Shown piece after piece: positions 38,545 through 51,298 of a stretch of DNA of 64,000 nucleotides. The notes beneath the pieces were generated by a model that had not been told where the DNA came from, did no database searches, and was given only the letters and a program-made list of their open reading frames with translations. Both the position numbers and the translations under genes were made by a program. The DNA is from Chiloscyllium plagiosum. Its lineage: Eukaryota. The number at the start of each line of letters is the position of its first letter. The first letter of the stretch is position 1. Where the stretch lies: positions 5,589,258-5,653,257 of the forward strand of contig NC_057719.1 of the NCBI RefSeq assembly GCF_004010195.1. The letters run 5' to 3'.

Positions 38545-40295
38545 GGGTACAGCACAGTACAGCCCTTTGGCCCATGATGTTGTGCCGAGCATTTATCTTA
38601 ATCTGAGATCAACCTAACCTACACACCCCTCAATTTACTGCTGTCGTGTGTTTGTCCAGCAGCCACTTAAATGTCCCTAATGTCTCTGTCTCTACTACCA
38701 CTACTGCCAGTGCATTCCATGCACCCACCACTCTCTGAGTAAAGAACCAACCTCTGACATCTCCCCTATTATTTCCTCCAATCACCTTAAAAGTATGACC
38801 CCTTGTGACAGCCATTTCTGCCCTGGGGAAAAGTCTCTGGCTATCTACTCTATCTATGCATCAGTACACCTTGTACACCTCTATCAAGTCACCTCTCTTA
38901 CTTCTTCTCTCCACAATGAAAAGCCCTAACTCACTTAACCTCTCTTCATAAGACAGGCCCTCCAATCCAGGCACCATTCTAGAATCTGCTCTGCACCCTA
39001 TCTAAAGCATCAAAATCCTGCCAATGAGGCAACCAGAACTGGGCACAATGTTCCAGGGTTCCAGGGTTTCAGGATGCAAAGATCATCGCCAGAGGTGCAG
39101 CAATCTCACTCCTTGCTGCCCGTAGTAATCTTGGATATATCTGGTCAGGCCCTGGAGACTTATCTATCTTGATGCTTTCCAGAATTTCCAGTAAATCCAC
39201 TTTCTTAATATCAATCTGTTCAAGCCTATTAACCTGGTACACGATGGTCTCACTATCAATAAGGTCCCTCTCCCTAGTGAATACTGAAGCAAAAAAACTA
39301 ATTTAGGGCCTCCCTCACCTCTTCAGATTCCACTATCCCTGATCGGCTCTACCTATCTCTGATCATTCTGTTAATCCTCACGTAAGTATAGAACACCTTT
39401 GGATTTTCCCTAATCCATCCCGCCAAGGCTTTTTCGTGCCTTTTCCTAGCTCTCCTCGGTCCATTTTTGCATTCTTTCCTAGCCTCCCTGTAATCCTCGA
39501 AAGCTGCGCTAGCTCCTTGCCTCCACCACCTTAAATAAGCTTCTTTCTTCCTCTTGATGAGAAGCCCCTCTTTTCTTGTCATCCAAGGCTCCTTCACCTT
39601 ATCATTCCTTGCCTGTCTCAGTGGGACAAAGCTATCCAACACTCGCAACAAGTGCTTCTTAAACAGCCTCCACATTTCTATTGTGCATTTCCCGTAGAAC
39701 AATTGTTCCAAATTTATACTCCACAGCTCCTGTCCAATAGCAGTGTAGTTCACCCTCCCTGAATTTAATACCTTCCCATACCGTCTGCTGCTATCCCTCT
39801 CCATGGCTATGGTAAAGGTGAGGCAGTGTGGTCACTGCCACCAAAATGCTCTCCCGAGAGATCTGACACCCAGCCTGGCTTGTTGCCCAGCACCAAATCC
39901 AATATGGCCTCCCCCTTGGTTGGCCTATCTACATATTGAGCTGGAAATGTGTGGCTGGAAAAGCGCAGCAGGTCAGGCAGCATCCAGGGAACAGGAGAAT
40001 CGACGTTTCGGGCATAAGCCCTTCTTCAGGAAGAAGGGCTTTCCTGAAGAACGGCTTATGCCCGAAACGTCGATTCTCCTGTTCCCTGGATGCTGCCTGA
40101 CCTGCTGCGCTTTTCCAGCAACACATTTCCAGCTCTGATCTCCAGCATCTGCAGACCTCACTTTCTCCTATCTACATATTGAATCAGGAATCCTTCCTGG
40201 ACACACCTGACAAAATCAACTCCATCCAGACCACCTGCACTAAAGAGGTTCTAAGCAATATTGAGGAAGTTGAAGTCACCCATAACAACAACTTT
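38545..40295 (-). mobile_element. Internally deleted CR1 (3' end plus upstream ORF2/endonuclease region)
   Basis: ORFs 38630-38815(-) and 39349-39804(-) (EPWMT...ENPKVFYTYV); VVVMGDFNF endonuclease motif near 40270. Confidence 0.8.
39924..40182. mobile_element. Young PLE-derived fold-back element with two opposed hammerhead cores and 16-bp TSD
   Basis: TSD cctatctacatattga at 39924-39939 and 40167-40182; ~95-bp near-perfect inverted arms; cores at 40002-40029(-) and 40044-40071(+). Confidence 0.92.
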
Positions 40296-40409
40296 GTTAC
40301 ATCTGCACATTTCCAAGATCTGCTGTCCAATCTGTTCTTCCATCACTTTGCATTTACAAAAATGAGAGGTAACCTTACTGAAACATTCAAGCCTCTTAGG
40401 GACTTGTAA

Positions 40410-41580
40410 GATTAGAAACATAGGAATGAGGAGGCCATTGAGCCCTTCGAGCATGTTTCACCATTCATCACGATCATGGTTGATCGTCCAATTCAGTAGC
40501 CTAATCCTGCTTTCTCCCCATAACCTTTGATCCCATTCGCCCCAAGTGCTATATCTAGCTTCCTCTTGAATACAATCAATGTTGTGGCATCAACTATTTC
40601 CTATGGTATTGAATTCCATAGGCTCAGTAATCTTCGGATGAAGAAATGTCTCCTCTTCTCTGTCCTAAATGAAAATCCCGAATCCTCAGGCCTTGACACC
40701 GGTTCTGGACACATCCACCATCAGGAAATCCTCCCTGCATCTACCATGTCTAGTCATGTTAGCATTTTAAAAGTCTCTATGAGATCCCCCCCTTATTTGT
40801 CTGAACTCCAGCGAAAACAATCCTAACCTAGTCAATCTCTCCTCATTTGTCAGTCCCGCCATCCCTGGAATCAGCCTGGTAAACCTTCGCTACACTCCCT
40901 CGAGAGAAAGAGCATCCTTCCTCAGAAAAGGTGACCAAAACTGCGCACACTCCTCTCTCCCAATTTACAGCCATTCAGGTAGTAATTTGCCTTCTTGTTT
41001 TTGCTTCCAAAGTGAATAACCTCACACTAATCCAAATTATACTGCATCTGCCATTGATTTGCCCACTCTCCCAACCTGTCCAGATCATGTTGAAGGATCT
41101 CTGCATCCTCGTCACAGTTCACCATCCTACCCAACTTGGTATCATATGCAAACTTTGTGATTTTACATTTTGTTCCCTCCATCCAAACCATTAGTATATA
41201 TTATGGATAGCTGGGGGTCCCAGCATCGATCCTTGTGGAACCCCACTAGCTATTGCCTGCCAATTTGAAAAGGACCCATTAATTCCTATGCTTTGTTTCC
41301 TCTCTGCCAACCAGTTTCCTATCCATCTCAATAGAATTCCCTCAATCCCATGTGCTTTAATCTTGCACAATAATCTCTTATGCAGGACTTTGTCAAACTC
41401 TTTCTGTAAATCCAAATATCCCACATCAACTCGCTCCCCCGGTCAGCTTTACTAATTACATCGTCATACAATTCCAGCAGATTTGTCAAGCATGATTTTC
41501 CCTTCATAAATCCACACAGACTTTGTCTGATCCTGCCACTGCCTTCTAAATGCTCTACGACAAAGTCCTTGACAATGAAT
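40410..41580 (-). mobile_element. CR1 RT fragment
   Basis: GFMKGKSCLTNLLE, YLDLQKEFDKV and SGVPQGSMLGP on the minus strand. Confidence 0.88.
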
Positions 41581-42339
41581 ACATTCAAAACAAAAGAACT
41601 GTGAATGTTGAACTTTACCTTCCTCAGTGAGAGCTTACCTCCTTTGCTTTAAGCAGAGGTTGATCATCACGTCATCTCCAAAAGTAGCTTTCCTCAATGA
41701 AAGTTGCATGGATACAGTAATCTCCTTAACTTCAGACAGTCCTGCATTCTGATGACATAGATACCCCAGAGTCACTACTCAGTAACACCCTGGTGCACTA
41801 TGGGTGGCCCTGGTAAGATAACTGAAGCAGTGGCATAGCGTTATTTCATTTCACTGTCCCTGCTACCAACCTGATCTTAAGGTTTTTATTTTTCAGTATT
41901 CCACACACGCAAACTGCCTGCTTGAACTTCCTCTGAGGTTTTGGTATCTCTTTCAGTTAACGACTGCTCACAAAAGTACAGACTTTGAAACCAAAGTCAG
42001 TTCAAAAAATAGGCTCACACACCATTCCCCTGTTGCCCTGTCTAATCAGTGTATTTCATGACAATAAGGAAACGTGACTTTAATTAAGTCTTATTTGAAG
42101 GACATCATGTAACAATGTGCCTGAGTAGCTGGGAGTCTCATGGAATCAGTACCAATATCCCAGTGGCTATCATAGAATCACAGAGCTATTACATTGTAGA
42201 AGGAAGCCATTTGGCCCATCATGCCTGCACTCTATCTGTTATCTAGTGCCAAAAACTAAACTTGTTGGAAAAGCTCAGCAGGTCTGGCAACATCTGTGGA
42301 GAGGAATCAGAGTTCACGTTTCAAGTCTAGTAACCCTTA

Positions 42340-44140
42340 GAATCATAGAGTTACAGAGATATACAGCATGGAAACAGACCCTTTGGTCCAACTCATCCAT
42401 GCCAACCAGATAAGCTAAATAAATCTAGTCCCATTTACCAGCACTTGGCCCATTTCCCTCGAAATCCTTCCTATTCATATACTCATCCACATACCTTTTA
42501 AATGTTGTAATTGTACCAGCCTCCACCATTTCATCTGGCAGCACACACCACCTTCTGCATGAAAAAATTGCCCCTTAGGTCCTTTGTAAATCTTTTCCCT
42601 CTCACCTTAAACCTATGCCCTCTAGTTTTAGACTTCCCCACCCCAGGGAAAAGACCTTGTTTATTCAATCTATCCATGCCCCTCATGATTTTATAAATCT
42701 CTATATGGTCACCTCTCAGCCTCCGACGCTCCAGGGAAAACAGCCCCAGCCTATTCAGCCTCTCCCTGTAGCTCAAACCATCTAACCCCTGTCAACGTCC
42801 TTGTAAATCATTTCTGAACCCTTTCAAGTTTCACAAGTTTTCCTTCCTATAGCAGGGAGACCAGGGCTGCATACAGTATTCCAAAAGTGGCTTAACCAAT
42901 GTTTTGCACAATGACAACAGGACCTCCCAATTCCTATACTCAGTGCACTGACCAATAAAGACAAGCATACCAAATGCCTTTTTCACTATCCTATCTACCT
43001 GGGAATCCACTTTCAAGGAACTATGAACCTCACTCCGAGGTCTCTTTGTTCAGGACTACTCTCCAGGACCTTACCATTAAATGTATAAGTCCTGCCTGAT
43101 TTGCCTTTCCAAAATGCAGTACTACATATTTATCTAACCTAACTCCATCCGCCACTCCTCAGCCCATTGGCCCATCTCATTAAAATCCCATTGTACTCTG
43201 ATGGTAACCTTCTTTGCCATGCACTATACCTCCAATTTTGGTGTTACCTGCAAATTTACTAGCCATTTTTCATATGCTCACAACCAAAGCATTTATATAA
43301 ATGACAAAAAGCAGTGGACTGAGCAGTGATCCTTGTGGCACATGGCAGGTCAAAGGCCTTCAGTCTGAAATGTAATCCTCCACCACCACCCTCTGTCTTC
43401 CACCTTTGAACCAGTTCTGCATCCAAATGGCTAATTTTCTCTGTATTCCATATGATCTAACCTTGCTAACCAGTCTACCAAGAGGAACCTTGTCAAACAC
43501 CTTACTGAACTGAAAATGTGTTGCTGGAAAAGCGCAGCAGGTCAGGCAGCATCCAAGGAACAGGAGAATCGATATTTCGGGCATGAGCCCTTCTTCAGCA
43601 TCGGGCATGAGCCTGAAGAAGGGCTCATGCCCAAAACATCGATTCTTCTGCTCCTTGGATGCTGCCTGATCTGCTGCGCTTTTTCAGCAACACATTTTCA
43701 GCTCTGATCTCCAGCATCGGCAGTCCTCACTTTCTCCTAGAAGAAACGCCTTACTGAAGCCCATATAGATTACATTCACCACTCTGCCCTTGTCAATTCT
43801 CTTCTTATTTCTTCCAAAAACCCAATCAAGTTAGTCAGACATGATTTCCCACGTACAAAGTCATGTTGACTATCCCCAGTCAGCCTCTGCCTTTCCAAGT
43901 ACATGGAACTCCTGTCCTTCAGGATTCCCTCCAGCAACTTGCCCACCACCAATGTCAGGCTCACTGGTCGATGGCTCGCTGGCTTTTCTTTACCCCCTTT
44001 CTTAAATAGTGGCACCACGTTAACCAACCTCCAGTCTTCTAGCACCCCACCTGTGGCTATCGATAATACGGGTATCTCAGCAAGGGGCCCAGCAATCATT
44101 TCCCAAGGTTCCCACAGAGTTCCAGGGTAGACCTGATCAA
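42340..44140 (-). mobile_element. CR1 inserted into an old fold-back PLE remnant (arms ~42250-42340 and ~44141-44265)
   Basis: CR1 ORF fragments 42531-44099(-). The flanking arms tggaaaagctcagcaggtctggcaacatctgtggag and ctccacagatgctgccaaacttgctgagcttttcca are reverse complements. Confidence 0.88.
43495..43758. mobile_element. PLE-derived fold-back element with 15-bp TSD inside the CR1
   Basis: aaac(a/g)ccttactgaa at 43495-43509 and 43744-43758; two opposed hammerhead-like cores. Confidence 0.9.
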
Positions 44141-44423
44141 GGGTGATTAAACCTGAAACGTTAACTCTGATTTGTCTCCACAGATGCTGCCAAACTTGCT
44201 GAGCTTTTCCAGCAGTTTTTGTTTTAGTTTCTGATGTACATCGTCTGCAGTTCTTTTGTTTTTTGTCCAGTGCTAGTTTCTTGATTTTCCCCTGTATTCC
44301 TGCATGTGGTTTCTATGATGTGAGAAAACTGCTCACTGTACAGTACCTCTCACAGAAAGCTGCTCTGTCAGCAGCAAACATTGGCGCAAGTGCAAAATGG
44401 CATATAGATTTCGGCACATAGCG

Positions 44424-46185
44424 TCATAGAGATGTACAGCATGGAAACAGACCCTTCGGTCCAACCTGTCCACGCCGACCAGATATCCCAACCCAGTCTA
44501 GTCCCACCTGCCCATATCCCTCCAAACCCTTCCTATTCATATACCCATCCAAATGCCTCTTAAATGTGGCAATTGTACCAGCCTCCACCACATCCTCTGG
44601 CAGCTCATTACATACACGTACCACCCTATGCGTGAAAAAGTTGCCTCTTAGGTCTCTTTTATATCTTTCCCCTCTCACCCTAAACCTATGCCCTCTAGTT
44701 CTGGACTCCCCGATCCTAGGGAAAAGACTTTGTCTACTTTTCCTATCCATGCCCCTCATAATTTTGTAAACCTCTATAAGGTCATCCCTCAGCCTCCGAC
44801 GCTCCAGGGAAAACAGCCCCAGCCTGTTCAGCCTCTCCCTATAGCTCAAATCCTCCAACCCTGGCAACATCCTTGTAAATCTTTTCTGAACCCTTTCAAG
44901 TTTCACAACATCTTTCCGATAGGAAGGAGACCCGAATTGCACGCAATATTCCAACAGTGGCCTAACCAATGTCCTGTACAGCCGCAACATGACCTCCCAA
45001 ATCCTGTACTCAACACTCTGACCAATAAAGGAAAGCATACCAAACGCCTTCGTCACTATCCCATTTACCACTTCCAAGGAGCTATGAACCTGCACTCCAA
45101 GGTCTCTTTGTTCAGCAACACTCCCTAGGACCTTACCATTAAGTGTATAAGTCCTGCTAAAATTTGCTTTCCCAAAATGCAGCACTTCGCATTTATCTGA
45201 ATTAAACTCCATCTGCCACTTCTCAGCCCATTGGTCCAGATCCTGTTGTAATCTAAAATAACCCTCTTCGCTGTCCACTACACCTCCAATTTTGATGTCA
45301 TCTGCAAACTTACTAACTGCATCTCTTATGCTCGCATCCAAATCATTGGTGTAAATGACAAAAAGTCGAGGACCCAGCACCGATCCTTGTGGCACTCTAA
45401 TATTCACAGGCCTCCAGTCTGAAAAACAACCCTCCACCACCACCTTCTGTCTTCTACCTTTGAGCCAGTCCTGTATCCAAATGGCTAGTTCTCCCTTTAT
45501 TCCATGAGATCTAACCTTGCTATTCAGTCTCCCATGGGGAACCTTGTCGAACGCCTTACTGAAGTCCATATAGATCACATCTACTGCTCTGCCCTCTTCA
45601 ATCTTCTTTGTTACTTCTTCACAAAACTCAATCAAGTTTGTGAGATATGATTTCCCACGCACAAAGCCATGTTGACTTTCCCTAATCAGTCTTTGCCTTT
45701 CCAAATACATACACATCCTGTCCCTCAGTATTCCCTCCAACAACTTGCCCACCACCGAGGTCAGGTTCACCGGTCTATAGTTCCCTGGCTTGTCTTTACC
45801 GCCCTTCTTAAACAGTGGCACCACATTTGCCAACCTCCAATCTTCCGGTACCTCACCTATGACTATCGATGATACAAATATCTCAGCAAGAGGCCCAGCA
45901 ATCACTTCTCTGGCTTCCCACAGAATTCTTGGGTACACCTAATCAGGTCCTGGGGATTTATCCACCTTTAACCGTTTCAAGATATCCAGCAATTCCTCCT
46001 CTGTAATCTGGACATTTTGCAAGATGTCGCCATCTATTTCCCTACAGTCTATATCTTCCATATCCTTTTCCACAGTAAATACTGATGCAAAATATTCATT
46101 TAGTATCTCCCACATTTTCTGTGGCTCAACACAAAGGCCGCCTTGCTGATCTTTGAGGGGCTCTATTCTCTCCCTAGTTACCCTC
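44424..46185 (-). mobile_element. Young CR1 with an open 504-aa RT frame, 5'-truncated
   Basis: ORF 44424-45938(-): NYRPVNLTS, QHGFVRGKS, DFSKAFDKV, VPQGSVLGP, FADD. No endonuclease domain or ORF1. Confidence 0.95.
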
Positions 46186-46950
46186 ATGTGCAGAATGACA
46201 CAAAGACCGGTACCAACATTGCACATGCGCGGACATAGGCACACGAGAAGAATGGCGTGATGATTTCGGTGCATGCACAAAACGAAGCACGCAAACTGAT
46301 CCTCACTGGAATCAGGCTATTGCCAATGGACGTAATGCAATATACTGTTTCCTAATTTTTCAGCTGTCAAAACGCACGCTATCCCAGAACTACCTGTGAT
46401 GTAGTATTTACATCTGTACACAATACTCCAGCTGAGGTTCAACAAATGTCTTGTACAATCTCAATACATTTTTTCGCTGATGTATGCTGTGCCCCTATTT
46501 ATAAGGCTTAAGATAATTTATGTTTTATTAACTGCTGTCTCCACGTGTCCTGAGTCTTAGACTTAGGACCAGACCATCAAGGTGAGATGCTCGGAAGCAT
46601 TACTACACACAAAGAGGTTTGGAACTCTATCCACAATTATTAATGAATGCGTTGTTATGATGTTAGTTTTAACCAGAGATTCATAAGTATTTGTTGAGCA
46701 AAGGTATCAAGTGCTATGAGCCAAAGGCAGATATATGGAGTTAGGACACATATCGGTCATGTTCTCATTCAATGGCAGAACATGCTCAAGGGACTGAATG
46801 GTCTGCTCCTGTTTCTATTTTCCTATGCCCTATAAAAAACTTTTCTCTAATACTCAGGAGTGGCACAGATTGTAAACCTACTTAAAAATGTGAGATATAT
46901 TTTTAAGATTGACCTACATCAAAATAGTCACAATTTTAATCAACCTTGCT

Positions 46951-47204
46951 TTCAAATCAATTGTAGTCGAGAGTGTGGTGCTGGGAAAGCACCGCTGGTC
47001 AGGCAGCATCCGAGGAGCAGGCGAATCAACATTTCGGGCATTAGCCCTTCATCAGAAATGGAATAATTCCTGAAGAAGGGATTATGCCCAAAACGCTGAT
47101 GCTCCTGCTCCTCGGATGCTGCCTGACCTGCTGTGCTTTTCCAACACCACACTCTCAATTCTGATCTCCAGCACTTTCCTCACTTTCTCCTTCAAATCAG
47201 TTGT
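46951..47204. mobile_element. PLE-derived fold-back element with 14-bp TSD
   Basis: ttcaaatca(a/g)ttgt at 46951-46964 and 47191-47204; opposed hammerhead-like cores. Confidence 0.88.
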
Positions 47205-48084
47205 GACCTGAATTCCTTCTTTTATTTCAACAGTAACTGCAGTCAGGAGAACTGTAAGATAGCAGACCACCTCATGGTTTTGCAACAAGGTGTCATTGTC
47301 AAGAATAGCGTAAAATCCTTCAGTGAAGCAATTCTAAAAGGAAACAAAAAACAGTTTCTCTGCATCTGAGCAAATGTAAATAACAAATCTTTTAGATTAT
47401 TCTCTGAAAGGTATAACCAATCTTCAAAAAGCAAAGGATAATAAGTTGAAGTAGACAGCTGAATTTGGTGTTTTCAGTTATGGTGGAATGCATTTGTCTG
47501 TATTCAGCGCTGAAAATGTATTTTGCTACGAGCCAAGCCTTGAGCCATGTTGCTGAGTCTACACCAGTAAACCTAATGTAGGTGCTGCATCTGACAGCAT
47601 TACAAAAGAGAAGTTTCAGGAAGAGGAGATTTCCAAGTTGCAGGCAAACTGAATGGGTATTGTGCGAGAAACTTTTAAAACAAATTTAAGTTGACAGGAC
47701 CATGGAGAAATGAATTTCATTTGCAACGTGCTTATTTTACCTAATTCCAAAAGTATAGGATTTATATTCATGGTTTTCTTGCTCCTTCTCCCAGCTTCCC
47801 CAGTGGCGCCACTACCATAATGGAGTAATTATTCACTCTTACGCTGTGGACATAATCTTTTCAGTTCCAATACAGGGATCACTTCAATTCAACAATCTTC
47901 CATTTTCTTTCTTTTTGAGAAGCAAAACCTCTCAAAATGTTCGTCATTGCAACATAAGAACACATACTATCATTATACATGGACCTCTGATGTGTTATTT
48001 TCAAATATAGCATAATGATATGTGTTTTAAATAATCACGTTGTCAGCACTTAAACTTTGAATAGCATTCGGTCAGGATATCTGA

Positions 48085-48362
48085 AGATTGAACACGCACC
48101 AGCAGTTTCAAGAACAGCTTCTTTCCTGTCATTATTAGACTGGTGAATGGACTCTCCAGCTTCAAATAATGTTGATCTTGTTAATGATGATCTGCTTCAG
48201 GCACAGCCTGTCTGGTGTAGCCAGTATGCCTCACTTTTCCAAGTTCTTTTTAACCCTGCGATTTGTATGCCCTTGTTTACTATGATCTGCCTGTACTGCT
48301 TGCAAACAAAGCTTTTCACAGTACTGAGGTACACGTGACAATAAATCAAACCAAATCAAATC
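48085..48362 (+). mobile_element. Rex1/Babar-like LINE 3' end
   Basis: cgcaccagcagtttcaagaacagcttctttcct (RTSSFKNSFFP) ... gtacacgtgacaataaa(tcaaa)n tail. Confidence 0.65.
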
Positions 48363-48997
48363 GATTGTATTCATTGAGATTTAGCTGTGCCTGGAGATAG
48401 CACATTCAGTTGTGTGGCACTTGGGTGAAGTGAAAGTAGTCACGAGTACAGATTCAGATTATAAATCAGGCATAACTTATATCATTAAAATATTTTAACT
48501 CAAATGCAGCTTTATTCTCCATTTTTCCCATTGGTACTAACATGCTAAATAAATCTGGTGGCTGCAATGTCTATTATCCATCCCTTAAGTGTCTGTCTGA
48601 TGGATGTTACTGGTGTCAATGCCAGCGGCTCCTAAGTTATTTTAAAGAAAACATATGGTGAAATGGAACATGACAGGTGCGTAGTTCATTCCAAATGGTA
48701 AACTTGTTAATTAGCCGCTAGTAGTCAGTTTGGCCTAGAGATTACTAAAAGTGTTGGACTCCATTTTTTGAAAGCAGGCTCAGCTTGCAATGTATTTGGA
48801 GATATGAGGTCAATTTGCCTTTATTGACTGCTTTTTCTATACCAAGAATAGAGCAACTGCACTAAGCCAGAACATTTAACAATTTCCTAATCTTAAATCA
48901 CATTTCTGATTTTAGTTTCAAATAATTAACTCTGCCTGAGCTTAAATACTTCGTCCTTGTATCTACATTTTTCATGTTAACTTTGTGGTAACAACAG

Positions 48998-49680
48998 ACA
49001 TAGAATAGTACAACACAAGAACAGGCCCTTCTTCACACCATATCTCCTCCAACCATGATGCCATTCTAAACTAATCCCATCTGTCTGCATGTGGTTCATA
49101 TCCATCTATATCCTGCCTGTTTATTTGTCTGTCAAAATGCCTCTTGAACATTGCTATTGCATTTACTTCTACAGGTGCCCACCACCCTCTGTGTAAAAAA
49201 ACTTGCCTCTCATCTCCTTTAAACTTTTCCCCTCTCACTATGCCCCATAGTATTTGATATTTCCACCATGGGAACAAGGTTCTGACTGTCCACCCTATAA
49301 TACCTCTCATAATTTTATATATTTCTATCAGGTCGTCCTTCAGCTTCCGATACTCTTGCAAAAACAATCCAGGTTTGTCCAAACTCTCCTTATAGCTAAT
49401 ACAATCCAATCCAGGCAACGTCCTGGTAAACCTCTTTTGCACTCTACACGTCCCTCGTCTAGTGCGGCGACCAGAACTGCACACAACATCCAAATGTGAC
49501 CTAACTAAAGTTTTATACAGTTGCAACATGTCTTTATCAACTTTATACTTACTGCCCTAACCGATGAAAGCAAGCATGCTGTATGCCTTCTACCGTCTTC
49601 TCCATTTGTGTTGCCACTTTCAGGGAGCTTTAGACTTCTATGGATTGCACCCCAAGATCCCTCTGTAAATTAGTCCTCCT
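48998..49680 (-). mobile_element. Old CR1
   Basis: ORF 49071-49529(-) LQLYKTLVRSHL...RVQKRFTRTLPGL. Confidence 0.82.
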
Positions 49681-51298
49681 AATGGTTATGCCATTTACTG
49701 CATGTTATTTTGTCAAATGTAAAGTGTTCTATTTGAACCAAAACAAAACAGTTAAAATAACCATTGGGAGAATCTGGCATACCACTTAATCCTGACGTTC
49801 ATTCGTGTACAGCTTTAAGTGGACATATAAATTAAACTGAGGGACAGAGGAAGAGACTGGAAGTGACACTAGGGGTGAAGAGGTGAAACAACAATGACAA
49901 GCGGTTGTTGCAGTCTGCAGTTATGGTAATTAAGGTGCCATTATATCTAGTTTATTCAGGAAACAAAGTTTTTTTTGGATAAAAACTTGCTTTCCAATCG
50001 TACAAACAGGTTGGCCTTTACCAAAATCTACATTACAACTTGGGATGCCTGCTTCAACATGCCAAATGTTAAAAAACACTTTAACCAAGTCCAATCCATA
50101 CAACAAAATCTGGATTCCATTTCATAGCTTATTTTTATATTTTGATGTGTTTTCTCTCTTTCCTTTTTTGCTGTGTCTAGCGACAAGGCAACTTCCTGTC
50201 CCTTCTAGATTGTAATTGAAGATAATGTGGCATGTATCTTTCTGAGGTCTAACATTTCCTTAGATTGCAGTACTTAGTTCTTGTTCAGACATCCATATAA
50301 ACCACTATTTATTAGTCACAGCTGAGGTTTGCAAAAGGAATCATCCATTCAATGTGCTAATCATTAAGTGAACAAGTTCAGGAATACAAGAACTTCTTCA
50401 AAGCATAAGATTCTTCATTTATGCAACTGAAGTATTGCAGCCAAGAGAACGAACTGAGGAAAACCACATGTTGAATTCCTTTGTAAAATGACTGTCCTTG
50501 CAATAAACACATCCGTTTCTTACATGCGAGTGATCATCAGTTCTTAACCCACAAGCATTTTAACAGTGATCTCTATACGTGTGTGTGTCTTTAAATTCTT
50601 AACTCAAATCCGTGAAATGGTGTTGTAATGTGACATTCTTCGATTTGCTATCTCTTGTACAGACTTGGCTTGGTGCTATATAAAATTTTTTTGGATTTCT
50701 CTTTTTGTGTTTGAATGGACAGCTAGAAAAAGCACTTACGGCACATCCTTAACAATTTAGAATAAACTTGGAGAGTTCAATTACAATGAGGTGACTTTAT
50801 TTGGTGCCACACTTTCACTGGCCAATGGTCACTTCAGGTCAGGATTTAATCTTAACTTCAAGTGACTGAAGACGGGTGATCAGTGGTGTTAAAACATCGG
50901 TAGGCATATAACATAATTGAGTACGAGGAGTTTGAGGGAAAATCTGTTGAGTATTACCAGCATTCCTCTTCCTTTAACTTATGATTTGGCTTGAAAATCC
51001 TGCTGATGTGTAGTTCTTGTGTTTGAATCATGGTTTTGCCATAACTGGGACCATTGGTTTGATGAGTGATTGACTAGTGAGCTAAGAAGAAGTAGATTAG
51101 TAGCTGGTCTTGCAGTCACCCTGATTGGTGTTTTTTTCCTTTGATAAACTTGAAACTAATGTATCATAATTGTAGGGATTTCTTCATAATTAATGTGATC
51201 ATTGAAGAACCGGCATGCATCTTGAAACTGGTTACTCTAGGACTAGATCTTTCTTTGACTCGGTGCCAGCAGTCTGAGAAATTCCAGATCTGGAAATC

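Noticed and set aside
39803..40161. Recurring short ORFs MCCWKSAAGQAASREQENR / MRSADAGDQ as a peptide family
   Set aside because: They are translations of the repeated non-coding pLTR and appear on both strands because of the palindrome.
44338..46400. DNA transposon split by the 44424-46185 CR1
   Set aside because: Only the right end (cagaactacctgt, ~46397) looks TIR-like, and I could not find a matching left TIR.
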